From an uncultured Clostridia bacterium (GTDB lineage Bacteria; Bacillota; Clostridia; TANB77; CAG-508), in the NCBI GenBank assembly GCA_947627935.1, contig CANQXY010000005.1, forward strand, positions 179-64,178: a DNA stretch of 64,000 nucleotides, read 5' to 3'. A program made the translations under genes and the position numbers. Each line of letters begins with the position of its first letter. Positions within the stretch are counted from its first letter, which is position 1. Positions 56,508-64,000 of the stretch are shown in pieces. The notes beneath the pieces are model-generated. The model was not told the origin of the DNA. It saw only the letters and a list, made by a program, of their open reading frames with translations, and made no database searches.

Positions 56508-57875
56508 TTACATTGTTAATGTTCCATTTGGAGTATTTATTATTACTAATATATCTTCCTCTTTACCATTTTCTGCATTTATATATACTAAAAATTCTGT
56601 ATCATCAACAGTTCCTTTAAATTCATAACATAAAACTTCTGTCTTCCATTCTGTAGGTATAATTGCCAATCCTTCACTTTTTATTTCTAAATCTTTATTT
56701 AATATTTTTTTTGCATCTTCTTTTGAAATTTTTACATTTGAAATATTTCTTTGTTCATGACAATTAAGATATCCTGTTGTTTCAATTCCTAATATTTCTC
56801 CATTATCTAATGCAACTTTAACTTTTATTAAATCTGGATATATTACAACACCATTTTGTTCATATGCATAATTTATTGTTACTATTCCTTGTTGATTTAA
56901 ATAATAAGTTTCTTTCATATTAGGGAATCCTTTATTTTTCAAAAATTCTTTACCTATATTATTTGCTTCATCTTGTGATATTATTTCTGTTTCTACATTT
57001 CTGTTATGATTCATAAATATAACATGTCCGCCTTTTTTTGAAATAGATATATTAATATTTTCATCATCGTTTGTTGTAATAGAAAAATCATATCCAGCTA
57101 TATCTGCATTTTCTGATAGCCCTAAACTAGATAGCTCTTTTATTTTATCATTTCCTATAAATTCTTGTGCTTTTTGTTTTGCAGTTTCTTCATCTATTTC
57201 ATCTCCTGTAAGACCTTTCTTTGTTCCACTGGTCATGTGTTCTGAAAATGCACCATCATAGATTAATCCAGAATATTCATGGAAATTTTCTTCTAAATTG
57301 CTAAAACTATCCTTAGATATATTACTTACTTGTTGTGCAAAAAGAACCTCACCATCATTTGTTAAATCTTTCCATGTTATCCTTCCATTATATAAATCTT
57401 CTGAAAGTTGATTTAATGTATTTTGTAGTTCAACACTATAAGTATATAATTCTTTTAAATTTTTTAAATCGTCTTGTGATAAACTTTCATTATATATGTT
57501 TTTTCTAGATAATGAATAACTATAATCACTTACTTGATTTAAAAATTTTTCTGTATTTTCTAACTCTTGGCTTTCTATTGGAAGCCTTGTTAAATAACTT
57601 TGTGCTAAATTTGCTTCTCTCCATACATGTGTCAATGTTTCTGCTCCATGCTCAGGAGTAGTAGAAATCAAAGATTTAGCAAGATATGTCTTTACATTTT
57701 CTACATAATCTACTAATTCATAAAAACACATATTATATTCATTTTCACTAGCTAATCTAGATTCTTTATTTTTTTGATATAACATTGCACCTAATACAAC
57801 TGCAATTATTATTAAAAAAGTAACTCCTATTTTAATTGCTTTACTTTTGTTTATATTATTTAATAATTCTTTCAT
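56508..57875 (-). CDS. ypeB: Germination protein YpeB
   Basis: 455 aa with an N-terminal TM and the YpeB N-domain pattern (YNMCFYELVDYVENV...THVWREANLAQSYLTRLP...FLNQVSDYSYSL). C-terminal PepSY-like repeats follow. Confidence 0.85.
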   Translation of the reverse strand: MKELLNNINKSKAIKIGVTFLIIIAVVLGAMLYQKNKESRLASENEYNMCFYELVDYVENVKTYLAKSLISTTPEHGAETLTHVWREANLAQSYLTRLPIESQELENTEKFLNQVSDYSYSLSRKNIYNESLSQDDLKNLKELYTYSVELQNTLNQLSEDLYNGRITWKDLTNDGEVLFAQQVSNISKDSFSNLEENFHEYSGLIYDGAFSEHMTSGTKKGLTGDEIDEETAKQKAQEFIGNDKIKELSSLGLSENADIAGYDFSITTNDDENINISISKKGGHVIFMNHNRNVETEIISQDEANNIGKEFLKNKGFPNMKETYYLNQQGIVTINYAYEQNGVVIYPDLIKVKVALDNGEILGIETTGYLNCHEQRNISNVKISKEDAKKILNKDLEIKSEGLAIIPTEWKTEVLCYEFKGTVDDTEFLVYINAENGKEEDILVIINTPNGTLTM

Positions 57876-57991
57876 ACAATTTCCTACCTTTAATTTTTTA
57901 TATATTTATTTTGTATTTTTTTTCAAAAAATATACTATACATGTAATATTTGTGATAAAATTTTAAAAAAAGAATTAAGAAAGAGGATATT

Positions 57992-59116
57992 ATGAAAAAA
58001 GTTTTAATTTTTTATGCATCATATGGCGGAGGTCATTTATCAGCTGCAAAATCAATTCAAGAATTTATTTTAAATAATTATAATAATATAGATACAGAAT
58101 TGATTGATTGTATGAAATATGTAAATAAACCAGTAGAAAAACTTACAACAGCTGCATATAGAGAAATGGCAAAAAGAGCTCCATGGGCATGGGGAAAAAT
58201 ATATTCCAATTCTCAATCTGGACCTTTAGCACATATTTCAACAAGATCAAATAAGATTATGGCTATAAAATTGCTTAAATTATTGAGAGAAAAGAAGCCT
58301 GATCTTATAATTTCTACACATCCTTTTAGTAGTCAAATGTGTAGTTATTTAAAAAGAAAAGGTAAAATAACAGCCAAAATTGCAACAATTATGACTGATT
58401 TCTCTCCACATGATCAATGGTTAGTTGGAAGTGATTATACTGATTATTTTTTTGTTGCACATGACAAGATGAAAAATTATTTATTAAGTAAAAATATAGA
58501 TTCATCAAAAGTTTTTGCAACTGGTATACCAATATCTAATAGATTTTTAGAAAAACATGATAATCAAAAAACTCTAAATGAATTTGGATTTACTAATAAA
58601 AATCCTGTTTTATTATTTTTTGGTGGCGGAGAATATGGTTTAGGAAAAAATCGTACTCTAGAAATTTTTGAATGTTTAGTTAAAAATTTTAATGATCTTC
58701 AAATTATTACAATAGCTGGTAAAAATGAGAAAATAAAAAAAGGATTTGAAGATATTGTACATAAATATAATAAAGATAATTCAGTAAAAGTACTAGGTTT
58801 TACAAATAAAGTTCCTGAACTTATGAGTATTTCAAGTTTAGTTATAACTAAACCTGGAGGTCTTACCACATCAGAAAGTCTAGCTTGCAATTTGCCAATT
58901 ATAGTTATAAATCCAATTCCTGGTCAAGAAGAGGAAAATGCAGAATTTTTAGTAGAAAAAAATATAGCAATATGGCTAAAAAAAGATACTAATATTGAAG
59001 TAGCTTTAAAAGATTTATTTGAAAATCCAGATAGATTAAATGAAATGAAAGAAAATACAAAAATTCTATCTAAAAAGTATTCAACAAAAAATATCTGTGA
59101 AATTTTATTAAAATAA
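57992..59116 (+). CDS. ugtP: UgtP/MGDG-synthase-like diacylglycerol glycosyltransferase (GT28)
   Basis: 374 aa. It has the N-terminal motif ASYGGGHLSAAKSI and the GT-B C-terminal motif ITKPGGLTTSESLACNLPII...PGQEEENAEFL. Confidence 0.8.
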   Translation: MKKVLIFYASYGGGHLSAAKSIQEFILNNYNNIDTELIDCMKYVNKPVEKLTTAAYREMAKRAPWAWGKIYSNSQSGPLAHISTRSNKIMAIKLLKLLREKKPDLIISTHPFSSQMCSYLKRKGKITAKIATIMTDFSPHDQWLVGSDYTDYFFVAHDKMKNYLLSKNIDSSKVFATGIPISNRFLEKHDNQKTLNEFGFTNKNPVLLFFGGGEYGLGKNRTLEIFECLVKNFNDLQIITIAGKNEKIKKGFEDIVHKYNKDNSVKVLGFTNKVPELMSISSLVITKPGGLTTSESLACNLPIIVINPIPGQEEENAEFLVEKNIAIWLKKDTNIEVALKDLFENPDRLNEMKENTKILSKKYSTKNICEILLK

Positions 59117-59135
59117 GAGAGCATTCGCTCTCTTA
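59114..59135. terminator. Bidirectional terminator
   Basis: TAAGAGAGC-attc-GCTCTCTTA, followed by TTTTA. Confidence 0.7.
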
Positions 59136-59414
59136 TTTTATTGTAATATAACCATTATAGAAAAATACCTCTACACTTTCTATTACTTCTCTTAATTTTC
59201 TTGGAATTATTATCCGATTTTTTTCTCCCATAATTGACTTATGAATAACTTTCATATTTGTAGATTCATCATATGGTACAATTGATATCATATCTTTACC
59301 CACAGAAACAAAAGCTAGTATGTCTCCTTTTTTTATATTAGTATGTTCAAATAAAAAATAGGGAATCGTTATTCTTCCTTGTGAATCAACATGCCGGAAT
59401 ATTTTGTTTTTCAT
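59133..59414 (-). CDS. AbrB/MazE/SpoVT-type DNA-binding protein with two swapped-hairpin half-motifs
   Basis: 93 aa. It has VDSQGRITIPYFLFEHTNIKKGDIL and, in the second half, GEKNRIIIPRKLREVIE. Confidence 0.6.
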   Translation of the reverse strand: MKNKIFRHVDSQGRITIPYFLFEHTNIKKGDILAFVSVGKDMISIVPYDESTNMKVIHKSIMGEKNRIIIPRKLREVIESVEVFFYNGYITIK

Positions 59415-59520
59415 ATAAAGTTCCTCCTTTAGGTTAATATTTTTATTATAATACTTTTTACATAATTTGTCAATTCACCAATTAAATAAAGCACTCATAT
59501 ATAATATAGGGGTGCTTTAT

Positions 59521-59727
59521 ATGTGTATTAAAGATTTATCTAGCTGTGAACTAATTGCACTAGCAAGTAGTATCGCAGTGTTTTTAGGTGAAAATTTATC
59601 TAATGAAGAAATAAGTACATTATCTGCATTTTTTTCTAGTCTTGGAGATAATTTAGCAATAATATCAACAGTACCAGTATCTAATAATTTAAATAATAAA
59701 GATTTACCCTCACAAAATAAGACTTAA
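59521..59727 (+). CDS. Small hypothetical protein (68 aa)
   Basis: ATG at 59521 follows SD AGGGGTG. MCIKDLSSCELIALASSIAVFLGENLSNEEISTLSAFFSSLGDNLAIIST resembles small clostridial proteins of unknown function. The ORF-track start at 59467 is less likely. Confidence 0.5.
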   Translation: MCIKDLSSCELIALASSIAVFLGENLSNEEISTLSAFFSSLGDNLAIISTVPVSNNLNNKDLPSQNKT

Positions 59728-60327
59728 TTATATTTCTCTTCTTCCTTCTAATGCTTTAGTTAAAGTTATCTCATCTGTGTATTCTAAATCTCCTCCAACT
59801 GGAATTCCATGTGCTATTCTAGTCACAGTAATTCCTAATGGTTTTATGAGTTTTGATAAATAAATTGCTGTTGCTTCTCCTTCTACTCTTGGATTTGTAG
59901 CTAAAATAACTTCTTTTACTTTACCATCCATTAACCTAGAAAGTAGTTCCTTTATTTTTATATCATCTGGACCAATTCCATTCATTGGTGATATTGATCC
60001 ATGTAAAACATGGTAAACACCTTTAAATTCATGTGTTCTCTCCATTGCTATTATATCTTTTACATCTTCAACTACGCAAATGCAAGATTTATCCCTTTTT
60101 TCATTACTACATATTTGACAAGGATCTGTATCTGAAATATTATAACAAATACTACAATATTTTAAATTCTTTTTAGCATCTATAATTGAAGAAACAAACT
60201 CATTTGTCTCTTCTTGTGAACTATTTAAAATATAAAATGCAAGTCTTATTGCCGTTTTATGTCCTATACTTGGTAGTTTTTCAAAACTTTCAATTAATTT
60301 TTCTATTGATGGTGAATAATATGACAT
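59728..60327 (-). CDS. recR: Recombination protein RecR
   Basis: 199 aa with an HhH N-terminus, a C4 zinc finger ([16 protein letters not shown]) and a Toprim domain. Confidence 0.96.
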   Translation of the reverse strand: MSYYSPSIEKLIESFEKLPSIGHKTAIRLAFYILNSSQEETNEFVSSIIDAKKNLKYCSICYNISDTDPCQICSNEKRDKSCICVVEDVKDIIAMERTHEFKGVYHVLHGSISPMNGIGPDDIKIKELLSRLMDGKVKEVILATNPRVEGEATAIYLSKLIKPLGITVTRIAHGIPVGGDLEYTDEITLTKALEGRREI

Positions 60328-60346
60328 TTAAATACATCCTTTACTA

Positions 60347-60691
60347 TTACATTAACCCTGGAATATTAAATTTTCCCATTTCTGCAGCTTGTGCACTATC
60401 TACTTTTCTTAATGCTTCATTTGTACAAGTTAAAATTAAATCTTGAAGCATTTCTACATCATCTGGGTCAATAACATCCTTTTTTATTATTATTTCTTTA
60501 ATTATTTTTTGACCAGAAACTTTTACTGTAACTGCTCCTCCCCCTGCTGTTGCATCAAATTCTTTTTCTGCTAAATCTGCTTGTGATTTTTCTAAATCTG
60601 CTTGCATTTTTTTGGCTTCTTTCATCAAATTATTTATATTCATTCCGCCAAATCCTCCCATTCTTCCTGGGAATCCTCCTCTTTTTGACAT
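60347..60691 (-). CDS. ybaB: YbaB/EbfC family nucleoid-associated protein
   Basis: 114 aa. It has NINNLMKEAKKMQADLEK..., and lies between dnaX and recR. Confidence 0.93.
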   Translation of the reverse strand: MSKRGGFPGRMGGFGGMNINNLMKEAKKMQADLEKSQADLAEKEFDATAGGGAVTVKVSGQKIIKEIIIKKDVIDPDDVEMLQDLILTCTNEALRKVDSAQAAEMGKFNIPGLM

Positions 60692-60707
60692 TTAATTTTC
60701 CTCCTTT

Positions 60708-62312
60708 TTAATCTATTATATTAAATGGTAAATCTAATCCATTTGCAAATTCTTGTATATTTTTTTGAACTGAATCATTATCACTTTCATCTTCTTTTTT
60801 ACTATCTATTAATTTTATTTGCATTTCTTTTCCACAAGCTATAGACACTAGTTCAGATAGTTCTTTTATATTTTCTGGTTTTTCTAATACAGTTTTTCCA
60901 AATGGAGTTATTCCTTGCGGAAACTCGATTCCTATCGTCATATCATTTATTTCTTTTGCTACTGTGTTTATTAAATTAGTATATAGTACTATTTTGCCCT
61001 TATTTTTTAAATCTTCTACAAGTTTTGGCCAATAGTCTTGAACTTTTCCATTATATACTACTTTATTTTCCTTTGGTTTTTTTTGTTTATTTTCTTCATT
61101 TGATAAATTAGATAAATTTTTTGTATTTACATTATTTTGTTTGCTTATATTGTTAGATTTTAAATAATTTTCTATATTTTCTATTCTACTTAATAGTTGA
61201 TTATTATTATCATTATTACTATTTTCCAAATTTTCTATATTATTACATAATTTAATAATTCCTGCTTGGAAAATAATTATTCTTTGGCTTGACCATTTCA
61301 TATTTTCTTCAATTTTTGATAAATCATATATTAAGTTTATCGCTCTTTGCTTTGTTAATTCATTAGATAATACTTTTATATCTTCTATTTCTTTACTACT
61401 ATATAACTCAAGTTTTCCACTTGTTTTAAATAATAATATATCTTTTACATATTTAATAATTTCCCATAAAAAATTATTAATATCTTTTCCATCATTTATT
61501 ACTTCTTCAATAGTATTTAACGCTTCATCTATATTATATTTTATAATAGCTTCTACTATTTTATGAACATATGTTAATTTTGGTATTCCTACTAAATCTT
61601 TTATTTTATCTTCATCAATTTTGTTTTCTCCATCTTGAATACATCTTTCTAAAATAGATAATGCATCTCTCATAGCTCCTTCAGATAAAACAGCAATTAC
61701 ATTTAAGGCTTCTTTTGTTATATCTATATTACTTTCTTTGCAAACTACTTCTAGTCTTTTTATTATATCTTCATTAGGTATTTTTTTAAAATCAAATCTT
61801 TGACATCTTGATAAAATTGTTGCTGGTAATTTTTGTGGTTCTGTCGTTGCTAAAATAAATTTTACATGTTCAGGTGGCTCTTCTAATGTTTTTAATAATG
61901 CATTAAAAGCCCCTGTTGATAACATATGAACCTCATCTATTATATATACTCTATATTTAGCTTTAGTAGGTAAAAAATTAACTTCTTCTCTAATGCTTCT
62001 TATATCTTCAACACTATTATTTGATGCTGCATCCATTTCAACTATATCTGTAAGTGATCCAGATAATGCTTCCCTGCAAATTTCACATTCATTACATGGT
62101 TCTCCATCATGAGGATTTAAGCAGTTAATAGCTCTTGCTAAAATTTTTGCAGATGATGTTTTCCCTGTTCCTCTCCCACCATTAAATAAATATGCATGTC
62201 CTATTCTTCCAGAAGTTATTTGATTTTTTAAGGTTTTTGTAATATGTTCTTGCCCTACCATTTCACTAAAAGTTAGTGGTCTAAATTTTCTATAAAGAGC
62301 AGTATATCCCAT
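60708..62312 (-). CDS. dnaX: DNA polymerase III subunit gamma/tau
   Basis: MGYTALYRKFRP..., Walker A GGRGTGKTS, zinc module CNECEIC, DEVHMLS, sensor LSRCQRF. I prefer the ATG at 62312 (SD AAAGGATG) over the GTG at 62321. Confidence 0.95.
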   Translation of the reverse strand: MGYTALYRKFRPLTFSEMVGQEHITKTLKNQITSGRIGHAYLFNGGRGTGKTSSAKILARAINCLNPHDGEPCNECEICREALSGSLTDIVEMDAASNNSVEDIRSIREEVNFLPTKAKYRVYIIDEVHMLSTGAFNALLKTLEEPPEHVKFILATTEPQKLPATILSRCQRFDFKKIPNEDIIKRLEVVCKESNIDITKEALNVIAVLSEGAMRDALSILERCIQDGENKIDEDKIKDLVGIPKLTYVHKIVEAIIKYNIDEALNTIEEVINDGKDINNFLWEIIKYVKDILLFKTSGKLELYSSKEIEDIKVLSNELTKQRAINLIYDLSKIEENMKWSSQRIIIFQAGIIKLCNNIENLENSNNDNNNQLLSRIENIENYLKSNNISKQNNVNTKNLSNLSNEENKQKKPKENKVVYNGKVQDYWPKLVEDLKNKGKIVLYTNLINTVAKEINDMTIGIEFPQGITPFGKTVLEKPENIKELSELVSIACGKEMQIKLIDSKKEDESDNDSVQKNIQEFANGLDLPFNIID

Positions 62313-62345
62313 TTTTTTCACATCCTTTATGCTTCCTATAATATA

Positions 62346-62488
62346 GAAAAATGGCGTGAATTACAATCTCTCTATGGAAAGCAATTTCCACGCAAACTTT
62401 ACTGCTTATTGCTGCTTCCTTCCGGACCTGACAAGGTTCACAGGAGCTTGCTGGTTTGCTCTCCATACAGAAATTGTATTCATACCAT
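62346..62488 (-). ncRNA. ffs: Signal recognition particle RNA (apparently short, 4.5S-like form)
   Basis: The minus strand contains the universal domain IV sequence GUCAGGUCCGGAAGGAAGCAGC (complement of 62411-62432). The 5' GGUAUGAAUACAAUUUCUGUAUGG pairs with the 3' CCAUAGAGAGAUUGUAAUUCACGCC to form a long closing helix followed by AUUUUU. The position upstream of dnaX is canonical. Ends are accurate to about 10 nt. Confidence 0.88.
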
Positions 62489-62492
62489 GTAA

Positions 62493-62521
62493 ATTATATA
62501 ATTTTATTGTAAATTTATCAA
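62493..62521 (-). promoter_or_regulatory. SigA promoter of ffs
   Basis: On the minus strand: TTGATA (62521-62516), 17 nt, TATAAT (62498-62493). Confidence 0.65.
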
Positions 62522-62531
62522 GTATATTTGC

Positions 62532-63275
62532 TTAATTTTCTACTCTCTTAAAAACAATATTACTTGTATCATTAATTTCTTGGTAAGATGATCCTTCTTT
62601 AGAAAAATCTGTTGGTAAAATGTTTAAACCTATATTTGCTTTAAATGACTTTTTAGAGGCTAGGTTTATTGTAATATCAAAAGATACTTCTTCTTCAAAA
62701 TCACTTTCCTTCATATTTATTTTTTTTAGTAATTTATTATGATTAATTTCTTCATCTTCATTAGATATATATGTACCTATATTATCATTTGCACATCTAA
62801 AAACTATTACTCCACCTTGATTAGACACTTTTAAATTTTTAATATCTTGATCTAAACTTCCATCAAATTTTATAGATTCTGCTTTGTAATTATCAACATT
62901 CTCAAATATATAACTTGCATTACTACTTGGCATATATATATTATTTTTTCCTATTTGTTTTTTTCTATTAACAGAAAAATTATCTAATACAATATTTTCT
63001 ATAACTTCAGTTTCTTTGTAATTTTCATCTTTTACTATATATAAATATATATCATTATTTTGATTTATTACCATATTCCATTTTTCTTGTTTATTTTCTT
63101 GATCTATACCTTCTGCTGAACTAACAATTTTAATACTAGAAATTTTAAATGGTAAATCTTTTTCTCCCTCTACATGGTATCTTAAAATAATTATTCCAAT
63201 AGTAAATAATATAACTGCAATAATGACTATAAGCATACATATATGAAATATCTTTTTTTTAGTTCTTTGTTCCAT
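62532..63275 (-). CDS. Hypothetical membrane-anchored protein (247 aa)
   Basis: Strong SD AGGAGGA. One N-terminal TM (IFHICMLIVIIAVILFTIGIIIL) is followed by a beta-rich extracytoplasmic region. It starts 8 nt after the tadA stop. No family recognised. Confidence 0.65.
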   Translation of the reverse strand: MEQRTKKKIFHICMLIVIIAVILFTIGIIILRYHVEGEKDLPFKISSIKIVSSAEGIDQENKQEKWNMVINQNNDIYLYIVKDENYKETEVIENIVLDNFSVNRKKQIGKNNIYMPSSNASYIFENVDNYKAESIKFDGSLDQDIKNLKVSNQGGVIVFRCANDNIGTYISNEDEEINHNKLLKKINMKESDFEEEVSFDITINLASKKSFKANIGLNILPTDFSKEGSSYQEINDTSNIVFKRVEN

Positions 63276-63283
63276 AAATCCTC

Positions 63284-63745
63284 CTATTTATTTTTTTTGA
63301 TTTTTCGTAACTTTTTAAAAAAATCCTTTAATATATTTTCACATTCTTTTTCTAATATACCTTTTTCTATTTCTACTTTATGATTAAAATTATAATCTTC
63401 AAATAAGTTTAAAACAGAACCAGCTGCACCCGTTTTTTCATCCATTGCACCTATATACACTTTTTTAATTCTAGAATTAATTATTGCACCCGCACACATA
63501 GAACATGGTTCTAACGTTATATACATCTCACAATCTATTAATCTCCAAGATTTTAGTTTTTTACTTGCTTTTTGTATTGCTATAATTTCAGCATGTTTTG
63601 TAGTATCTGATTTTGTTTCTTTTAAATTATGTGCTCTGGCAATAATTTTTCCATCTTTAACTATTATAGCTCCTACTGGTACTTCTAATTTTTCATATGC
63701 TTTTTTTGCTTCCTTTAATGCTTCTTTCATATATTTTTCTTCCAT
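63284..63745 (-). CDS. tadA: tRNA-specific adenosine deaminase
   Basis: 153 aa with CDA zinc motifs HAEIIAI and PCSMCAGAI. Confidence 0.93.
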   Translation of the reverse strand: MEEKYMKEALKEAKKAYEKLEVPVGAIIVKDGKIIARAHNLKETKSDTTKHAEIIAIQKASKKLKSWRLIDCEMYITLEPCSMCAGAIINSRIKKVYIGAMDEKTGAAGSVLNLFEDYNFNHKVEIEKGILEKECENILKDFFKKLRKIKKNK

Positions 63746-63870
63746 ATTGCTCTCCTAAATGCTTTTTTATTATTTTATAATAATTTATACCTTTTGTAAA
63801 TAATTTATATATTTGATTTTTTCTTAATTTTATGTTAATATATAATTATACTATATTAGGAGGTATTTTT

Positions 63871-63993
63871 ATGGCTAACATTCATTTTGATGGTAACAAA
63901 ATTGTTATCACAAATGAAATTCGGAAAATTATTAAAGATTTAGCATCTGAAAATGATTATTCCGATTCAAATACTCAAGATGATAACGATTAA
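63871..63993 (+). CDS. Small hypothetical ORF (40 aa)
   Basis: My own translation: MANIHFDGNKIVITNEIRKIIKDLASENDYSDSNTQDDND. A strong SD AGGAGG lies 7 nt upstream. Support is limited to the SD and the open frame. Confidence 0.35.
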   Translation: MANIHFDGNKIVITNEIRKIIKDLASENDYSDSNTQDDND

Positions 63994-64000
63994 CTTTCAA

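Noticed and set aside
61077-61084. A8 run in dnaX (caa aaa aaa cca) as a possible programmed frameshift site for a gamma subunit.
   Set aside because: It is only a homopolymer in a Lys-rich linker. There is no downstream stem-loop or nearby out-of-frame stop pattern comparable to the E. coli site, and Firmicutes are not known to make gamma this way.

Overview
This is a very AT-rich chromosomal segment (roughly a quarter G+C by eye) from a spore-forming, low-GC Firmicute that looks Clostridia-like: it carries spoIIE, ypeB, an SspF-type SASP and CotF-type coat genes. I count about 55 protein genes, roughly 90% on the minus strand. The core gene order resembles the origin-proximal part of Bacillus and Clostridium chromosomes: tadA-ffs-dnaX-ybaB-recR ... 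murF-ddl ... prfA ... pcrA ... radC-mreB-mreC-mreD-pbp2-minC ... spoIIE ... acpS-tatD-yabE-xth ... rpoB-rpoC.

Accessory material is interspersed with this core:
- Two paralogous Rpn/PDDEXK_2 nuclease genes, each carrying the same ~230-bp upstream non-coding module.
- A two-gene operon for giant surface proteins (1619 and 1560 aa). One has a thioester-domain-like N-terminus and an XPXTG-like sorting signal.
- A DUF1016 nuclease and a DUF4143 AAA ATPase.
- An orphan VirD4/TraG-type coupling-protein gene, frameshifted inside its Walker A motif. It sits in a tight operon with two unknown genes behind a consensus promoter.
- A frameshifted yhaO next to yhaN.

Non-coding highlights:
- A promoter-to-terminator unit of about 150 nt after minC, with tandem GC-rich hairpins that show one compensatory base-pair change and have pseudoknot potential. 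This is a candidate novel sRNA or leader and is my best guess for something undescribed.
- Four direct repeats phased at exactly 32 bp between spoIIE and the AAA ATPase gene.
- A short-form SRP RNA upstream of dnaX.
- minC without minDE.

I saw no rRNA, tRNA, CRISPR array, integrase or complete mobile element. All family assignments come from motif recognition by eye; no searches were run.
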